A stretch of 64,000 bases of DNA from a candidate division TA06 bacterium B3_TA06 (GCA_005223075.1 NJBO01000002.1:1836-65835); one strand, 5' to 3'; positions 19,471 through 30,633 are shown, numbered from the stretch's first letter. Translations and numbers: made by a program. Notes: generated by a model from the sequence alone, not told the origin.

Positions 19471-20589
19471 ATGAGTAACGCAAACTCCGAGGCAAAAGGC
19501 AGGTCAAATGCATTAAGGCTTCTTGAGCGTCTTGCCCCTGTTGTTGAGGAGAAGAAAGAACTTGAGGCCAAGCTGGCCGATCAGGCAGTGATCTCCAATC
19601 CAAAAGAACTGAAAAACCTCTCCTACCGGTATAAGAGATGCGGGCAGATACTCTCCGTCGGAGAGCATCTGCAAAGCACCCTCAAGGAGCTAGCGGCCGC
19701 AGAGGAGATGCTTTCTGCAGGAGAAGAAGATGAAGGCTTTCTGGATACCATTCGGGCGGAGATTGCTAATCTTGAGAGAAAAAGGGATCGGCTGACAAGC
19801 GAGCTGCGTGCCTTGCTGATCCCGCCCGACGAGCGCTGGCAGCGCAACTGCATCATGGAGATACGAGCTGCCGCCGGTGGAGATGAGGCAGGTCTCTTTG
19901 CCGGTGACCTTTACCGCATGTACACACGTTATCTCGAACGCCGGAGATGGAGCCAAGAGGTGCTTTCTTCAAACACCACAGGGATAGGCGGCTTCAAGGA
20001 AATCGTCTTTCTTGTTAAAGGGGAAGAAGCCTTCCGTTACATGCGATTTGAATCCGGCGTGCACCGTGTTCAGCGCGTGCCTGAGACCGAGGCCTCGGGC
20101 CGCATCCATACATCAACCGTAACCGTGGCAGTGCTCCCTGAAGCCGAGGAGCAGGATCTGGCTATCGATCCCAAAGATCTTGTGATAGAAACCTTCCGCG
20201 CATCGGGCCGTGGCGGACAGCACGTGAACGTCACCGACTCGGCGGTACGCATCAGGCACAAACCAACAGGTCTGGTGGCAAGCTGCCAGGACGAGCGATC
20301 ACAACATCAAAACCGCGCGAGGGCCATGCGCATCCTTCGGGCAAGGTTGCAGGATCTCATGCGCTCAAAGGAGGAGGCACGAGAGGGAGCCGAACGCAGG
20401 GGGCAGATCGGAACAGGCGAGAGGAGCGAGAAGATAAGAACCTATAACTTCCCTCAGAACCGGGTGACCGATCACCGCATCAAGGCGAGTCTCTACAAGC
20501 TTGGTGAGATACTTGCAGGCGACCTGGCAGAGTTTCACTCCCTCCTTCTTGAAGAGGAGGCACGGCGTTATGTCCAGAACGGCGATTGA
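19471..20589 (+). CDS. prfA: Peptide chain release factor 1
   Basis: GVHRVQRVPET (PxT), GGQHVN, RTYNFPQNRVTDHR. Confidence 0.96.
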   Translation: MSNANSEAKGRSNALRLLERLAPVVEEKKELEAKLADQAVISNPKELKNLSYRYKRCGQILSVGEHLQSTLKELAAAEEMLSAGEEDEGFLDTIRAEIANLERKRDRLTSELRALLIPPDERWQRNCIMEIRAAAGGDEAGLFAGDLYRMYTRYLERRRWSQEVLSSNTTGIGGFKEIVFLVKGEEAFRYMRFESGVHRVQRVPETEASGRIHTSTVTVAVLPEAEEQDLAIDPKDLVIETFRASGRGGQHVNVTDSAVRIRHKPTGLVASCQDERSQHQNRARAMRILRARLQDLMRSKEEAREGAERRGQIGTGERSEKIRTYNFPQNRVTDHRIKASLYKLGEILAGDLAEFHSLLLEEEARRYVQNGD

Positions 20590-21397
20590 GGAAGCCAGAC
20601 AGGCTTCAGCAAAAATTCCCTGGCAGGAGAGGCTCTTGTTATTAGAACACGTCGCCGCAAGATCGCTGCCCGAGCTGGTGGTTGATCGAGCATACCTTAC
20701 CCATGAACAGAAGGAGCAATTGATTGATCTGGTGAAGAGGCGGGAGGAGGGTACGCCTCTCGAGATTCTGGTTGGAACCGCCTCCTTCCTCGATTTCGAG
20801 TTGGAAGTCAGACCAGGGGTTTTCATACCAAGACCGGAGACGGCTGAGCTGGTAGAACGAACAGTGGATGAATTAGGCAAAGCTCCCAAGGTGATCCTCG
20901 AGCTTGGCACAGGCACCGGCGCAATCGCAATAGCCCTGGCGCGAAGCTTCCCAGAAGCCAGCCTGATCGCAACCGACATCTCCCCTATTGCCCTGAGGTT
21001 AGCTGAGCGAAACGCAGAAAGACTGAAGGAGCATATTCAATTCGTCATGGGCAATCTCTTTGAGTTTGAGGGTGCCTTAAAGCTTGAAGGAAGACTGGAT
21101 CTTTTGATCTCCAATCCTCCCTATATACCCACCGATCTCCTTGCCTGGCTGCCTGGAGAGGTGCGCAACTTCGATCCTCTCATAGCGCTTGACGGAGGGT
21201 CTGACGGCTTCAGGGTAGTAGAAAGGATCCTTGATAAAGCGGAAAGGTTCCTTGCTCCTAAAGGGCTTGCAGCCATTGAGATAGACCCACTGCTTGAGGA
21301 GCCCCTTGAGCGCTACGCCGAAACCTCACCCCTGCAGTTTAAGAAGGTGGTTGACAGTTACGGGAATCTGCGTTTTCTATTTGTGAGGAGATCATGA
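20570..21397 (+). CDS. prmC: Release factor glutamine methyltransferase
   Basis: FIPRPETA, ELGTGTG, SNPPY; follows prfA. Confidence 0.94.
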   Translation: MSRTAIEEARQASAKIPWQERLLLLEHVAARSLPELVVDRAYLTHEQKEQLIDLVKRREEGTPLEILVGTASFLDFELEVRPGVFIPRPETAELVERTVDELGKAPKVILELGTGTGAIAIALARSFPEASLIATDISPIALRLAERNAERLKEHIQFVMGNLFEFEGALKLEGRLDLLISNPPYIPTDLLAWLPGEVRNFDPLIALDGGSDGFRVVERILDKAERFLAPKGLAAIEIDPLLEEPLERYAETSPLQFKKVVDSYGNLRFLFVRRS

Positions 21398-22194
21398 AGA
21401 TAGCGGTGGTTTACAACAAGAAAAAGCCCAACGCTACTGAGATCATCAAACGTATCGAGGGGTGGGCTAAAGAGAAGGGGCACAAACTTCTGATCTCCGC
21501 CCCACTTGATGAATCCGTAGATTTTCTTCTCGCGCTTGGAGGCGACGGAACGATGCTTCGGGCGGTCCGCGAGGCGGAAGAACTCCAGGTGCCCATAATG
21601 GGCATAAACCTGGGCGGCCTCGGTTTCCTTACCGCGTTCCCCTCCTCAGAACTGGAAACAGCCCTCGAGGACCTGGGGCAAAAGCGGGTTCGGATTGAGG
21701 AACGGATGCTTATTCGCGTGAGGTGGAGAAAAGAGGAGTTCTTCGCCCTCAACGACGCCACCTTCAACATGAGCTCGGACGCGCGCGTGATCGAGCTCTC
21801 GACCTACGTGAACGGTGAGTTCCTGACCCGCTTTACGGGCGACGGCTTGATTGTTTCTACGCCTACCGGTTCGACCGCCTACTCACTTGCCGCGGGCGGG
21901 CCTATACTCGATCCACGGCTTGAGGCGATGATCCTCACCCCTATCTGTCCACACGCCCTATCGGCAAGGCCGATGCTGGTCCCGCCCAACTACACGGTTA
22001 CAGTAGAGGTAGGCTCCAAGAACCCTCCGGTGATCCTCACAATCGACGGACAGGAAAGACGCCAGTTAGAGACAGGCGAGAATGTTGCCTTCTGTAGGGC
22101 CGAACGTCACGCCCGGATCGTAATGCCCCAGGATGTTTCATTCTTCCAGATCCTTCGCCGAAAGATGCGCTGGGGAGGCATGCGCGATGCTTGA
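21394..22194 (+). CDS. nadK: NAD kinase
   Basis: LGGDGTML, GDGLIVSTPTGSTAYSLAAGGP. Confidence 0.96.
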   Translation: MKIAVVYNKKKPNATEIIKRIEGWAKEKGHKLLISAPLDESVDFLLALGGDGTMLRAVREAEELQVPIMGINLGGLGFLTAFPSSELETALEDLGQKRVRIEERMLIRVRWRKEEFFALNDATFNMSSDARVIELSTYVNGEFLTRFTGDGLIVSTPTGSTAYSLAAGGPILDPRLEAMILTPICPHALSARPMLVPPNYTVTVEVGSKNPPVILTIDGQERRQLETGENVAFCRAERHARIVMPQDVSFFQILRRKMRWGGMRDA

Positions 22195-23875
22195 GCGGCT
22201 GCGTATCCGAAACTTCGCTTTAATCGATGCGGTGGAGCTCAATCTATCAAAGGGACTCAACGTACTCACAGGGGAAACCGGCACAGGAAAATCAATACTT
22301 CTAGGCGCGCTGTCGGTCGTGCTCGGTGAGCGTATAACGGATGAACTTTTTCGATCGGATAAAGACCCGCTTGAGGTGGAGGCGTCGTTCAGCGTCGATG
22401 ATCTCAAGCTTCCCGACTGGGTAGGCGCCGATCAGGAAGGCGTGCTTCTTATCCTTCGCAGCGCCCTCAAAGGCAAGCGTGCTGCCAACTTCGTCAACCA
22501 GCGTCAGACCACCCAATCAGCACTCTCGAAACTGGGCGACGATCTCGTTGACATCCACGGCCAGCATCAGCACCAGCTTCTCCTGAAACCGGCCACCCAC
22601 GGAAGATTCTTCGATGCCTACGGAGAGCTTGAAGAACTCAAGGAACGGTACGCCGCAAAGTTCAACGATTATCATAAGCTGCTTGATGGGATCAAGAGAC
22701 TGAAACGCGATCTTGCCCAGCGCCGCGAGCAGCGTGACTTTCTTGCCTTCCAGCTTTCAGAGATCGCAAAGCTCGATCCCAAGCCTGGTGAGGTTGCAGA
22801 ACTCAAGAGAGAGCAGGAGCTTTTGGCCTCGGCCGAACGCAGGGAAAAGATGGCAAGTCGGTTGATTGAACTCGTCTCCGAGAAGGAGGCTTCCATACTT
22901 GAAGGGCTGGCGCTTGCAACCCAGATGCTTAAGGATCTGGCAGCACTGGATCCATCACTTCAGGAGACGCTCAAAACCCTGACAGAGGCCGAGGTGGCAA
23001 CAGACGAGGTGTGGCGAACACTGGTGCGCTACCGCTCCTCAATCGAGTACTCACCCCAGCGGCTGGAGGAGATAAACGAACGGTTGTTCGCCTTCGAGAA
23101 GCTCTGGCGCAAGCATAACGTCGACGAGCAGGGACTCGTCAGACTGAGGGCTGATCTGGAGACCAAGCTTTCCTCTATCGAGCTGGACGCCGAGGAGATT
23201 GCCGAACTTGAAAAGGAAGAAGCCAGGCTCCGCGCTGAGGTTGTGGGGCTTGCACGCGAACTCTCCGAGGCAAGAGAAAAGACCAGGGAGGAGTTCCAGC
23301 GTGCTGTGGAAAACCAGCTTGAAGGGTTCGCCATGCCCAAGGCCCGGCTGGCTGTTGAGTTTCCGCGGTCCAATGACCCCGACGGTTTGTATGAAGAGAA
23401 TGGGGTTCGCTACCGGCTCGCTGAGAACGGCCTTGAGGAGACGCAGTTCCTGTTCTCCGCCAACCCGGGGGAGACGCCGAAGCCATTGGCGCGGATAGCC
23501 TCGGGCGGCGAGCTCTCGCGCATCATGCTCGCTTTAAAGACGGTCCTTGTAGACTCAGACCAAGTACCGGTGCTGGTCTTCGATGAGATTGACGTGGGGA
23601 TAGGTGGAAGAACAGCGGAGACGGTGGGCAAACGCCTCAAGGAGCTCGGCAAGAGAAAACAGATCCTTCTCGTGACCCACCTTCCACAGATCGCGCGCTA
23701 CGCCGATCGTCACTTCCGGGTGACCAAGGAGGTCAGGAAAGGAAGAACCCTCACCCGCATCAAAGCGCTGGACAGGAAAGGACGTGTGGAGGAACTTGCC
23801 CGGATGCTGGGTGGAGAGGAGATCACCGATACAGTGCGCGCGCACGCAAAAGAACTCATTGAGGGCACCGAATGA
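22187..23875 (+). CDS. recN: DNA repair protein RecN
   Basis: LTGETGTGKS, IHGQH, ASGGELSR, FDEID, VTHLPQIA. Confidence 0.96.
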   Translation: MLERLRIRNFALIDAVELNLSKGLNVLTGETGTGKSILLGALSVVLGERITDELFRSDKDPLEVEASFSVDDLKLPDWVGADQEGVLLILRSALKGKRAANFVNQRQTTQSALSKLGDDLVDIHGQHQHQLLLKPATHGRFFDAYGELEELKERYAAKFNDYHKLLDGIKRLKRDLAQRREQRDFLAFQLSEIAKLDPKPGEVAELKREQELLASAERREKMASRLIELVSEKEASILEGLALATQMLKDLAALDPSLQETLKTLTEAEVATDEVWRTLVRYRSSIEYSPQRLEEINERLFAFEKLWRKHNVDEQGLVRLRADLETKLSSIELDAEEIAELEKEEARLRAEVVGLARELSEAREKTREEFQRAVENQLEGFAMPKARLAVEFPRSNDPDGLYEENGVRYRLAENGLEETQFLFSANPGETPKPLARIASGGELSRIMLALKTVLVDSDQVPVLVFDEIDVGIGGRTAETVGKRLKELGKRKQILLVTHLPQIARYADRHFRVTKEVRKGRTLTRIKALDRKGRVEELARMLGGEEITDTVRAHAKELIEGTE

Positions 23876-24558
23876 CACGTACCCGTAACACCCCCCGTAC
23901 CCCTTCGGGGCATTCTCATAATTATTCGGAGCTTACGCTCCGCTCACAAGGAAATAACACCCCCCGCAACACATCCCCTGACACCCTCCCGGATGCAATG
24001 CCACAGGTGGTTAAAAACCCATGGCGTTTCTGGACGGTCCCCAATATCCTTTCCCTTATTCGACTCGCTATGCTTGCACCAACGGTCTGGGCGCTGGTTA
24101 CCCAACGCAACCTGTTGGCCTTCATCCTGTTCGTGGTCTCCTCTGCTACCGATGCAGTGGACGGGTGGATCGCCCGTCGCTTACATCAGGAAAGCGAGTG
24201 GGGAAAGGTACTCGATCCCCTCGCCGACAAACTCACCCTGAACACACTTGCCATGATCATGGCATTCCAGGGAAGGATACCGCTCTTTCTCGCTCTCATA
24301 GTACTGATAAGGGATGCAATTATCTTGGGAGGTGGCCTGGTGCTCTTGACCTCAAGAACCTTCGTGCCTCAATCCAACTGGCCGGGCAAGATCACCGGCG
24401 TTGCGTTCTTTGCTATGCTTTGCGCCGGCTTACTTGATGCCCGCTGGCTGCTTCGTGGATTCCTTGTCCCGCTGGTAACCGTCCTGGTGTTCATAACCGT
24501 TGTCGTATATACCCACACCTTTTTTCAACGCCTGAATCAAAAGTCCAAGGAGGGATAA
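23872..24558 (+). CDS. CDP-alcohol phosphatidyltransferase (PgsA-like); start at 23872 or 23998
   Basis: PNILSLIR, DAVDGWIAR..GKVLDPLADK; first 42 codons are largely repeat-derived. Confidence 0.9.
   Translation: MTRTRNTPRTPSGHSHNYSELTLRSQGNNTPRNTSPDTLPDAMPQVVKNPWRFWTVPNILSLIRLAMLAPTVWALVTQRNLLAFILFVVSSATDAVDGWIARRLHQESEWGKVLDPLADKLTLNTLAMIMAFQGRIPLFLALIVLIRDAIILGGGLVLLTSRTFVPQSNWPGKITGVAFFAMLCAGLLDARWLLRGFLVPLVTVLVFITVVVYTHTFFQRLNQKSKEG
23898..23954 (-). mobile_element. 57-nt two-hairpin element, second copy
   Basis: Reverse complement of 18613-18669 with one mismatch. Confidence 0.75.
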
Positions 24559-24560
24559 GT

Positions 24561-25190
24561 ATGCTGGTACTTGTCGTAAGCGATCTACATGGCCATTCTG
24601 TAGAGCCTTTAGTAGAGATTGAAGGTGTGGATCTTCTGTTGATGCTTGGAGATGTAACAACGGGTGCCGGTCTTGAAAAAACCAAGGAGCGGATTCAGAC
24701 CCTGCGAGGAGCCTATCCCGCACTTTATGTGATCTCCGGGAACTGGGAACGGCCCCAATCCGCAGCGTGGTTTCAAGCCGAAGGCCTCAGCCTTGATGGA
24801 CGTGCAGAAAGGTTTAATGGACTACTTCTCTTCGGTTTAGGTGGCTCAATTCCCACACCGTTCAACACCCCGAACGAGTTCACGGAGGATGAGTTGGCCG
24901 ATAAACTGACATCCTGTCCTGAGCCAGAAGAGGATGAGCGGCTCGTGATCTGCTCGCACAATCCCCCATACGGGGCCTGCGACAGGGTGTTTTTAGGCAA
25001 GCGTGTGGGATCGAAATCCTTACGGGTTTTTATAGAGAAGCGTAAACCTGACCTCGTGTTATGCGGGCACATCCACGAGGCAAGAGGAATCGAAAACATA
25101 GAATCAACGATTGTTCTAAATCCAGGCAGCGCCCCAAAGCACTACGCCCTGATCCGAATAGAAAAAGATATCTCCGTCAACCTCTATTGA
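24561..25190 (+). CDS. Metallophosphoesterase (Icc-like)
   Basis: SDLHG, GD, GNWE, HNPP, CGHIHE. Confidence 0.9.
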   Translation: MLVLVVSDLHGHSVEPLVEIEGVDLLLMLGDVTTGAGLEKTKERIQTLRGAYPALYVISGNWERPQSAAWFQAEGLSLDGRAERFNGLLLFGLGGSIPTPFNTPNEFTEDELADKLTSCPEPEEDERLVICSHNPPYGACDRVFLGKRVGSKSLRVFIEKRKPDLVLCGHIHEARGIENIESTIVLNPGSAPKHYALIRIEKDISVNLY

Positions 25191-25266
25191 GAAAAACGAA
25201 GGTCGACCGGAATCACTCTGAATATCTTTTCTCTTGCGATCTTTTGCCTGCAGGGCAAAAGGAGCA

Positions 25267-25455
25267 CTATTTATTCCGACAACGGATAAAGAAGGCTATC
25301 GACCGGTTGTAGGTTTTCTCCTCTTCCAGGGTGAAGTAACAAGCCGGCAGCTCTCCTTTGTCACGATGGTAGGCTACGCACTCGCAGCAGCGCCCCTTGC
25401 GCGGGCATGGCTCGTAGGTGCAGGTGCACTCAACATCATTATCGCACTCGCTCAT
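25267..25455 (-). CDS. Small Cys-rich protein (DUF6485-like)
   Basis: [21 protein letters not shown]...PACYF. Confidence 0.75.
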   Translation of the reverse strand: MSECDNDVECTCTYEPCPRKGRCCECVAYHRDKGELPACYFTLEEEKTYNRSIAFFIRCRNK

Positions 25456-25559
25456 CTGCTTCTTCCTTTGGCTTAGATCATATCCTTTAAGGAGGGTAGT
25501 GTCAACCCTTGAACTGACTCAAGACTTGCTTATACTCCGGCAATCATTGGAGGTCTTAG

Positions 25560-27206
25560 ATGCATATTCTTTGTTTGCTAAGTGTATTCCTGCTTGGGGG
25601 AGTCGAACTTGACACCGAACCGGCGTGGAAATCCAACGACAACGACTACTCCACCGGCGGGATACTGGCCGATATTGACTCAGACGGTGATCTTGATCTG
25701 GTAACCGGCAACGGCAACGACATGGCCCGAAATCCAAATAAAGTTTATTACAATGAAGACAACATCCTTGAAGAAACGGCATCATGGATCTCAGCCGATT
25801 GGAGCTACAATGGACATATATCGCTTGGAGATATGGATGCCGATGGGGATCTTGACTTGGCGGTGGCAGGCTTTGCCTATTACATAAGTTGGCAATCCGA
25901 TCCTTCGCGTGTTTATTTGAACGAAGAAGGTACATTTACTTCGAACCCTGTCTGGTTAGGCGGCAACACTTTGCAGGCGTTTTCCTGCGACTGGGGCGAT
26001 GCGGACGCAGACGGCGACCTTGACCTTGCAGTGGCTGCAGGTAACAGTTATATCCCGAAGAAACAAAAGATAGTGATCTTCAAGAATACGGACGGCGTGC
26101 TCTCGGCTGAACCGATGTGGGAATCAGCGGATTCTGACTACAACATGGACGTATGCTGGGTTGACGTGGACGCAGACGGCGATCTTGACCTGGCTGTGGG
26201 AGGATATGAAACGAACCGGATATACTTCACCGAAGAGGGCACCCTTAACACAGAGGCTGAGTGGGTATCGGCTGATGCCCATCACACCATCCAGATCGCT
26301 TTTGGTGATTTCGACGCAGATGGTGACATGGATATGGCTACCGCAGACAACAACCAGATGATGGACGACGAAAGCCGGGTACGCATCTACCTTAACCATA
26401 ACGGAACGCTGGATACACTGCCATTTTGGGAGTCGAAGCTGTGGCAATATCAATCCTGCGTGGCCTGGGGAGATGTTGATGCAGACGGCGATCTTGATCT
26501 GGCCGCAGGCGGCTGGTGGGAACCGGTAACGGTATACGAAAACAACGATAACTCATTCGATTCTCTGCCGAGCTGGTCGTGGAGCCCTTTCCCGAATGAG
26601 AATCTCGTCTGTGAGCAGGTAATCTGGGGCGAGGTCGACAACGACAACTGGAAGGAGACCACCGAGAACTTCGGGACTATATCTGCAGGTCATGCAATCT
26701 ACCCCTCCCACTTCCCGGCGTTGGATATCGTTGAGGTTAAGATCAATGGATCGGCTGCATCTCCAGGTGGGTTTTGCTGGAATCCGGCCGACGGTTGGAT
26801 TCAGATAAACCAAGAGGGTTGGGTAGAGGTAACCTACCGCTATTCTAAGTATCCTGATCTTCTGGTAACCAACTGGAATCCCCCTACAGGAAACTTCCTC
26901 TTCCTCAACACAGCCGAGGATACAAATGCAGTTGCCGAACTGCCTCCTCCTGAACTTCCTGTCCAGCTTGAAAAGACAATACTGATCCGAGGAGAACCCA
27001 TCAGGCTTATGGCTTCCACTCCTCAAAGGATAGAAGAAATCTCCCTCTACGACGTGACAGGCAGATGGCTTTCCAGCTTTGCTCCAGGGGATTGTCGTGA
27101 GTTAATTGCCCTTCCCTTCGAGACCTCAAGACTTCCTCGCGGGGTGTATTTCCTCCACGTCCTAATCAGGCAGAAACCAATCACCCTGCGCTTCCAGATT
27201 GTGTGA
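25560..27206 (+). CDS. FG-GAP/VCBS repeat protein with CTD
   Basis: Repeated GDxDADGDLDLAV motifs; CTD. Confidence 0.88.
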   Translation: MHILCLLSVFLLGGVELDTEPAWKSNDNDYSTGGILADIDSDGDLDLVTGNGNDMARNPNKVYYNEDNILEETASWISADWSYNGHISLGDMDADGDLDLAVAGFAYYISWQSDPSRVYLNEEGTFTSNPVWLGGNTLQAFSCDWGDADADGDLDLAVAAGNSYIPKKQKIVIFKNTDGVLSAEPMWESADSDYNMDVCWVDVDADGDLDLAVGGYETNRIYFTEEGTLNTEAEWVSADAHHTIQIAFGDFDADGDMDMATADNNQMMDDESRVRIYLNHNGTLDTLPFWESKLWQYQSCVAWGDVDADGDLDLAAGGWWEPVTVYENNDNSFDSLPSWSWSPFPNENLVCEQVIWGEVDNDNWKETTENFGTISAGHAIYPSHFPALDIVEVKINGSAASPGGFCWNPADGWIQINQEGWVEVTYRYSKYPDLLVTNWNPPTGNFLFLNTAEDTNAVAELPPPELPVQLEKTILIRGEPIRLMASTPQRIEEISLYDVTGRWLSSFAPGDCRELIALPFETSRLPRGVYFLHVLIRQKPITLRFQIV

Positions 27207-27268
27207 GCATTAACAAGGCTGCCTTGTGATCAGCCATGTTCGCTTTTAGCCGAGATTACGTAAGAACC

Positions 27269-30200
27269 CTAAGGCTGTAACAAAGCGGCCTTGGTTATCC
27301 GCTGGGCCGTAGAAAATTCCTCTGATTCCTCGTCCGTTCGCCGCTCACGCCACCCCAGTGTGTAGATATAAACACCAGGCGCTGGACGGTGACCACTTTC
27401 CGTCAAACCGTCCCAGTGAGCCTCAAAGATGCCGCCGAACTCATAGAAAACCTCGTCTATCAGTGTACGGATGTGCTCGCCGGCTCGGTTGTAGATGCGA
27501 AGCGTCACCAGTCCCGCACGAGGGATGCTGAACGCAAACGTCGTTGAGCCGCTGAACGGGTTCGGGTAGTTGTGGATATCCAATACAGGCTCGAAGCGCG
27601 TCATGATAAGAACGCTGTCGTTCACCAGAGTAGGATCGTCGGTGTAGTAAGTCCGGATCCACACTATCCTGTGTTCGGTTACCGTGGTGTCGAACGCACC
27701 TGCTATACTGCCAAGCTCCTCGTGAGGCCTCACAACCAGACGCGCCACTACCATCTTGGCAGAATCCACAGATCCCAGATCAGGAACGCCGTCATTATCC
27801 TCGTCCAGGAGAGGGGTTCCGTCCTCAAAGCTCAGGGTATGGCTCCAACCCAGATCAGGTGCCGCGTAGCTGCCGATGTCGATAATGTCATACGTGCTGC
27901 CGAGATTGGTTACCCGAAGCAGGTATACCGCCTCCTCGCCAGGACCGATTATCGTGCCCGTGTCCGGCTCGATATCCAGCGCCACTATGTTTCGCGTGCG
28001 TGTTACCACTATCGCGCTGTCGTATACCGTATCGCTGATCGAGGAGCGAGCGTAGACTATGGTTGAATCGAAAAGACCCGGAAGCGCCCAGTAGGGCGGC
28101 GTCACGTCAAGATACAGCATATCAAATCCAGGAACACCCCCGACAAGACCGGCCAAGGTGTCCAGATCAGGGATGTCGTCACCATCGGTGTCCGCAAGAT
28201 CGTTGATCCCGTCCTTGTCAACAAGCCGGTGAACCCAATCCGATTGACCAGGTTCAAAGGTAATGTCCGGAACGTCAGGACCGTTGCCGTAATTGGAAAC
28301 CTTTAAAGGATAGCGAATCGTCTGACCTGAAGGAACCGAATCCAACGTGTCGGGGATGATAAGTAGATCTGGAACAGCGTTAACCGTCACGATCAGAACC
28401 GCGGTGTCGGCAACCAGCTCCACAGGGTAAAGACGCGAGGGGTAGTTCACTGAGGCCCCAGCGAGGTGGATAACAGCGCTGTCACCAGCCATAGCTGTAT
28501 CAGGAACATCAACACGAACCTGGAAGGGAGCCGGTATCTCCTCAGGAAGAACATTCGGGACGTCAGGGTTGCCGTCACCATCACTATCACTAAGACCGAC
28601 CAACTCAACCGGCCACGTAACAGGATCCTTGTTAGAGCTCCAGGTAAGATTGACCGTATCCTCGCGGTAAAGGCTCGTGTTTAGCGCATACACCGAGAAT
28701 ACCGCCGACTCATCAGGATAGGCGGACTCACGCACCGTATCCGGACCTACCTCAATACTCACCTCGAGGATAGTAGTCACAAGAAACGCTGTATCCAGTC
28801 TGGTAGTATCCCGCATGGATACGACGCTGAAGAAACAGGTATCCATAGCTCCGAAAGGCACGGTATCCGAGGGGGTCACGTCGGCTAGCACAAGAACGTT
28901 CCCGCCCTTAGGCAAGGTGTCGGTATCGGGGTTGCCGTCGCCGTCAACGTCAGGCAGGGTGCGGCCCAGCTCGTCGGAAAGGGAGGTGCTGAAGTTTAAA
29001 GAATCGCTGTTCTCTGTGAAGATGTTGATAACGTCCCATATGTTGCCGTTGTTCTCGACGTAGACCTCGTAGGCGCCGTCATCTGTTTGGCTGGTGGAAA
29101 CCAGACATTCGGTATCCTTAAACTGATCCGGGTAGGCGGCAACAGCCGGGTGTATCGCAAACCAGAGAGGCAAGAAGTCTGACCCTTGACGATCAAGGCA
29201 GCTTCCCATAGTCGCCACCCCTTCAGAAGTAGTCACATGGTAGATTGCAACTGCATCGGCATCGTCCAGCGGACAGGAGTAACGGTAGAACTCGCCCCTG
29301 TCAAGGGTTCCCTCGTAGATGGTCGTCTCCTCGTTCCCTCCAGACTTTGGGGTTCTTGTTACCTTTACATCGGTACTGTCGGAGAATGCAATAACGTGAA
29401 GCCGGGAGTAAATAAGCCCAATATCAGACCATGAAACGGAGGCCTGAAGCGGAATATAGAACTCCTTTCCAAGCCCTAAACCGTCGCGGTCAATCCCTCG
29501 AACCATGTAAAAAGCAACGTGGTGTATTCCGAAGCTTGTCCATTCGGTCTGTGAAACAGAGATATCCTTGTCCGCGTGGATGTAAAGCGGCCTGCCCCCC
29601 GTAGGTAATGGAACTGCAAATCCCTTAATCTTGCCTCTCTTCTCACAGAATATCCTTCGAATTGTATCGGCAGGATTATTAAGATCAGTAACCGTTACCC
29701 ATGTTTCGTCTTCCCAGGGAACGAATTGAATATCCTGGGGGGCAGTTCCCCACATATGTTGGTAGGTCATGAAATCCCGGCCAGTGAAAGTTCCGTTGAA
29801 CGCAGGTACGTACATCCCGTTAACGCCGCAGGAGGTCATAGTTGATACAGGACGTGTGGCCTCTACTGAGTAAACTATGGGAGGAACATCTCCCCCCTCA
29901 CGCAAGTAGTACTCGGCACTGTCAAGATCACCCTCCCAGATAACCGTTTGGTTTTCCATATTCCGGACAACCACATGGGTATTATTGTGATAGGCAAAAA
30001 CAGCCAGGATCGCTTCATTAGCTGGGATCCCAGTCGACTTCGGACCTACGGACAACAACTTCGTACTGAGCGGACGACTATTCTGATCCACCGCATACCA
30101 GGTGCCTAACCCCCTCACGAAGGGATCGCCGCTGAGAACCGAGAACTCTTTGCTACCCAGAACCTCATATACTCCCCACGGTATGTCCTTGACAAGGACA

Positions 30201-30535
30201 TATTCTTCGTTCATGAGAACGCCGGACCAAACTGAGTCGCCAGCGTCATTAAGAATCCTACAGTAGTTACTGTCCCCGTAGGAGAATATAACAATATCGC
30301 CGTAGGTGTAGGCAAAGGTAGCAAAGGTATCTTCCTCCTGGGGAATCATCGGAAGATCAAGTTTCCCTACGTAATGGGTTTGCTCCACAGTTCCCTCAAA
30401 TAAAGGTGCTGGTCGGGTAGTATCCCTTTCCACATAGTCTTGCACCAATACATCGCTCGGCTCAACCGCCTGAGCCAGCCCGATTTGCACCCCCCCTAAG
30501 AGCAATATGCTCACTATTACAACAACACGCCGCAT
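27269..30535 (-). CDS. Large modular secreted protein (IgGFc-binding-like region, DxDGDGxPD Ig-like modules, FlgD CTD)
   Basis: Signal peptide; four DxDxDxxPD motifs; HNYPNPF..WDG..PGVYIY. Confidence 0.8.
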   Translation of the reverse strand: MRRVVVIVSILLLGGVQIGLAQAVEPSDVLVQDYVERDTTRPAPLFEGTVEQTHYVGKLDLPMIPQEEDTFATFAYTYGDIVIFSYGDSNYCRILNDAGDSVWSGVLMNEEYVLVKDIPWGVYEVLGSKEFSVLSGDPFVRGLGTWYAVDQNSRPLSTKLLSVGPKSTGIPANEAILAVFAYHNNTHVVVRNMENQTVIWEGDLDSAEYYLREGGDVPPIVYSVEATRPVSTMTSCGVNGMYVPAFNGTFTGRDFMTYQHMWGTAPQDIQFVPWEDETWVTVTDLNNPADTIRRIFCEKRGKIKGFAVPLPTGGRPLYIHADKDISVSQTEWTSFGIHHVAFYMVRGIDRDGLGLGKEFYIPLQASVSWSDIGLIYSRLHVIAFSDSTDVKVTRTPKSGGNEETTIYEGTLDRGEFYRYSCPLDDADAVAIYHVTTSEGVATMGSCLDRQGSDFLPLWFAIHPAVAAYPDQFKDTECLVSTSQTDDGAYEVYVENNGNIWDVINIFTENSDSLNFSTSLSDELGRTLPDVDGDGNPDTDTLPKGGNVLVLADVTPSDTVPFGAMDTCFFSVVSMRDTTRLDTAFLVTTILEVSIEVGPDTVRESAYPDESAVFSVYALNTSLYREDTVNLTWSSNKDPVTWPVELVGLSDSDGDGNPDVPNVLPEEIPAPFQVRVDVPDTAMAGDSAVIHLAGASVNYPSRLYPVELVADTAVLIVTVNAVPDLLIIPDTLDSVPSGQTIRYPLKVSNYGNGPDVPDITFEPGQSDWVHRLVDKDGINDLADTDGDDIPDLDTLAGLVGGVPGFDMLYLDVTPPYWALPGLFDSTIVYARSSISDTVYDSAIVVTRTRNIVALDIEPDTGTIIGPGEEAVYLLRVTNLGSTYDIIDIGSYAAPDLGWSHTLSFEDGTPLLDEDNDGVPDLGSVDSAKMVVARLVVRPHEELGSIAGAFDTTVTEHRIVWIRTYYTDDPTLVNDSVLIMTRFEPVLDIHNYPNPFSGSTTFAFSIPRAGLVTLRIYNRAGEHIRTLIDEVFYEFGGIFEAHWDGLTESGHRPAPGVYIYTLGWRERRTDEESEEFSTAQRITKAALLQP

Positions 30536-30633
30536 TGCTTCCTCCTAACTAAGGTTTAATTACCATAAGGATACCCCCCCAAAGGGAATTGTCAAGCCCC
30601 TTGACAGAATTCCAATCAGGCATAGAGTTGGGC

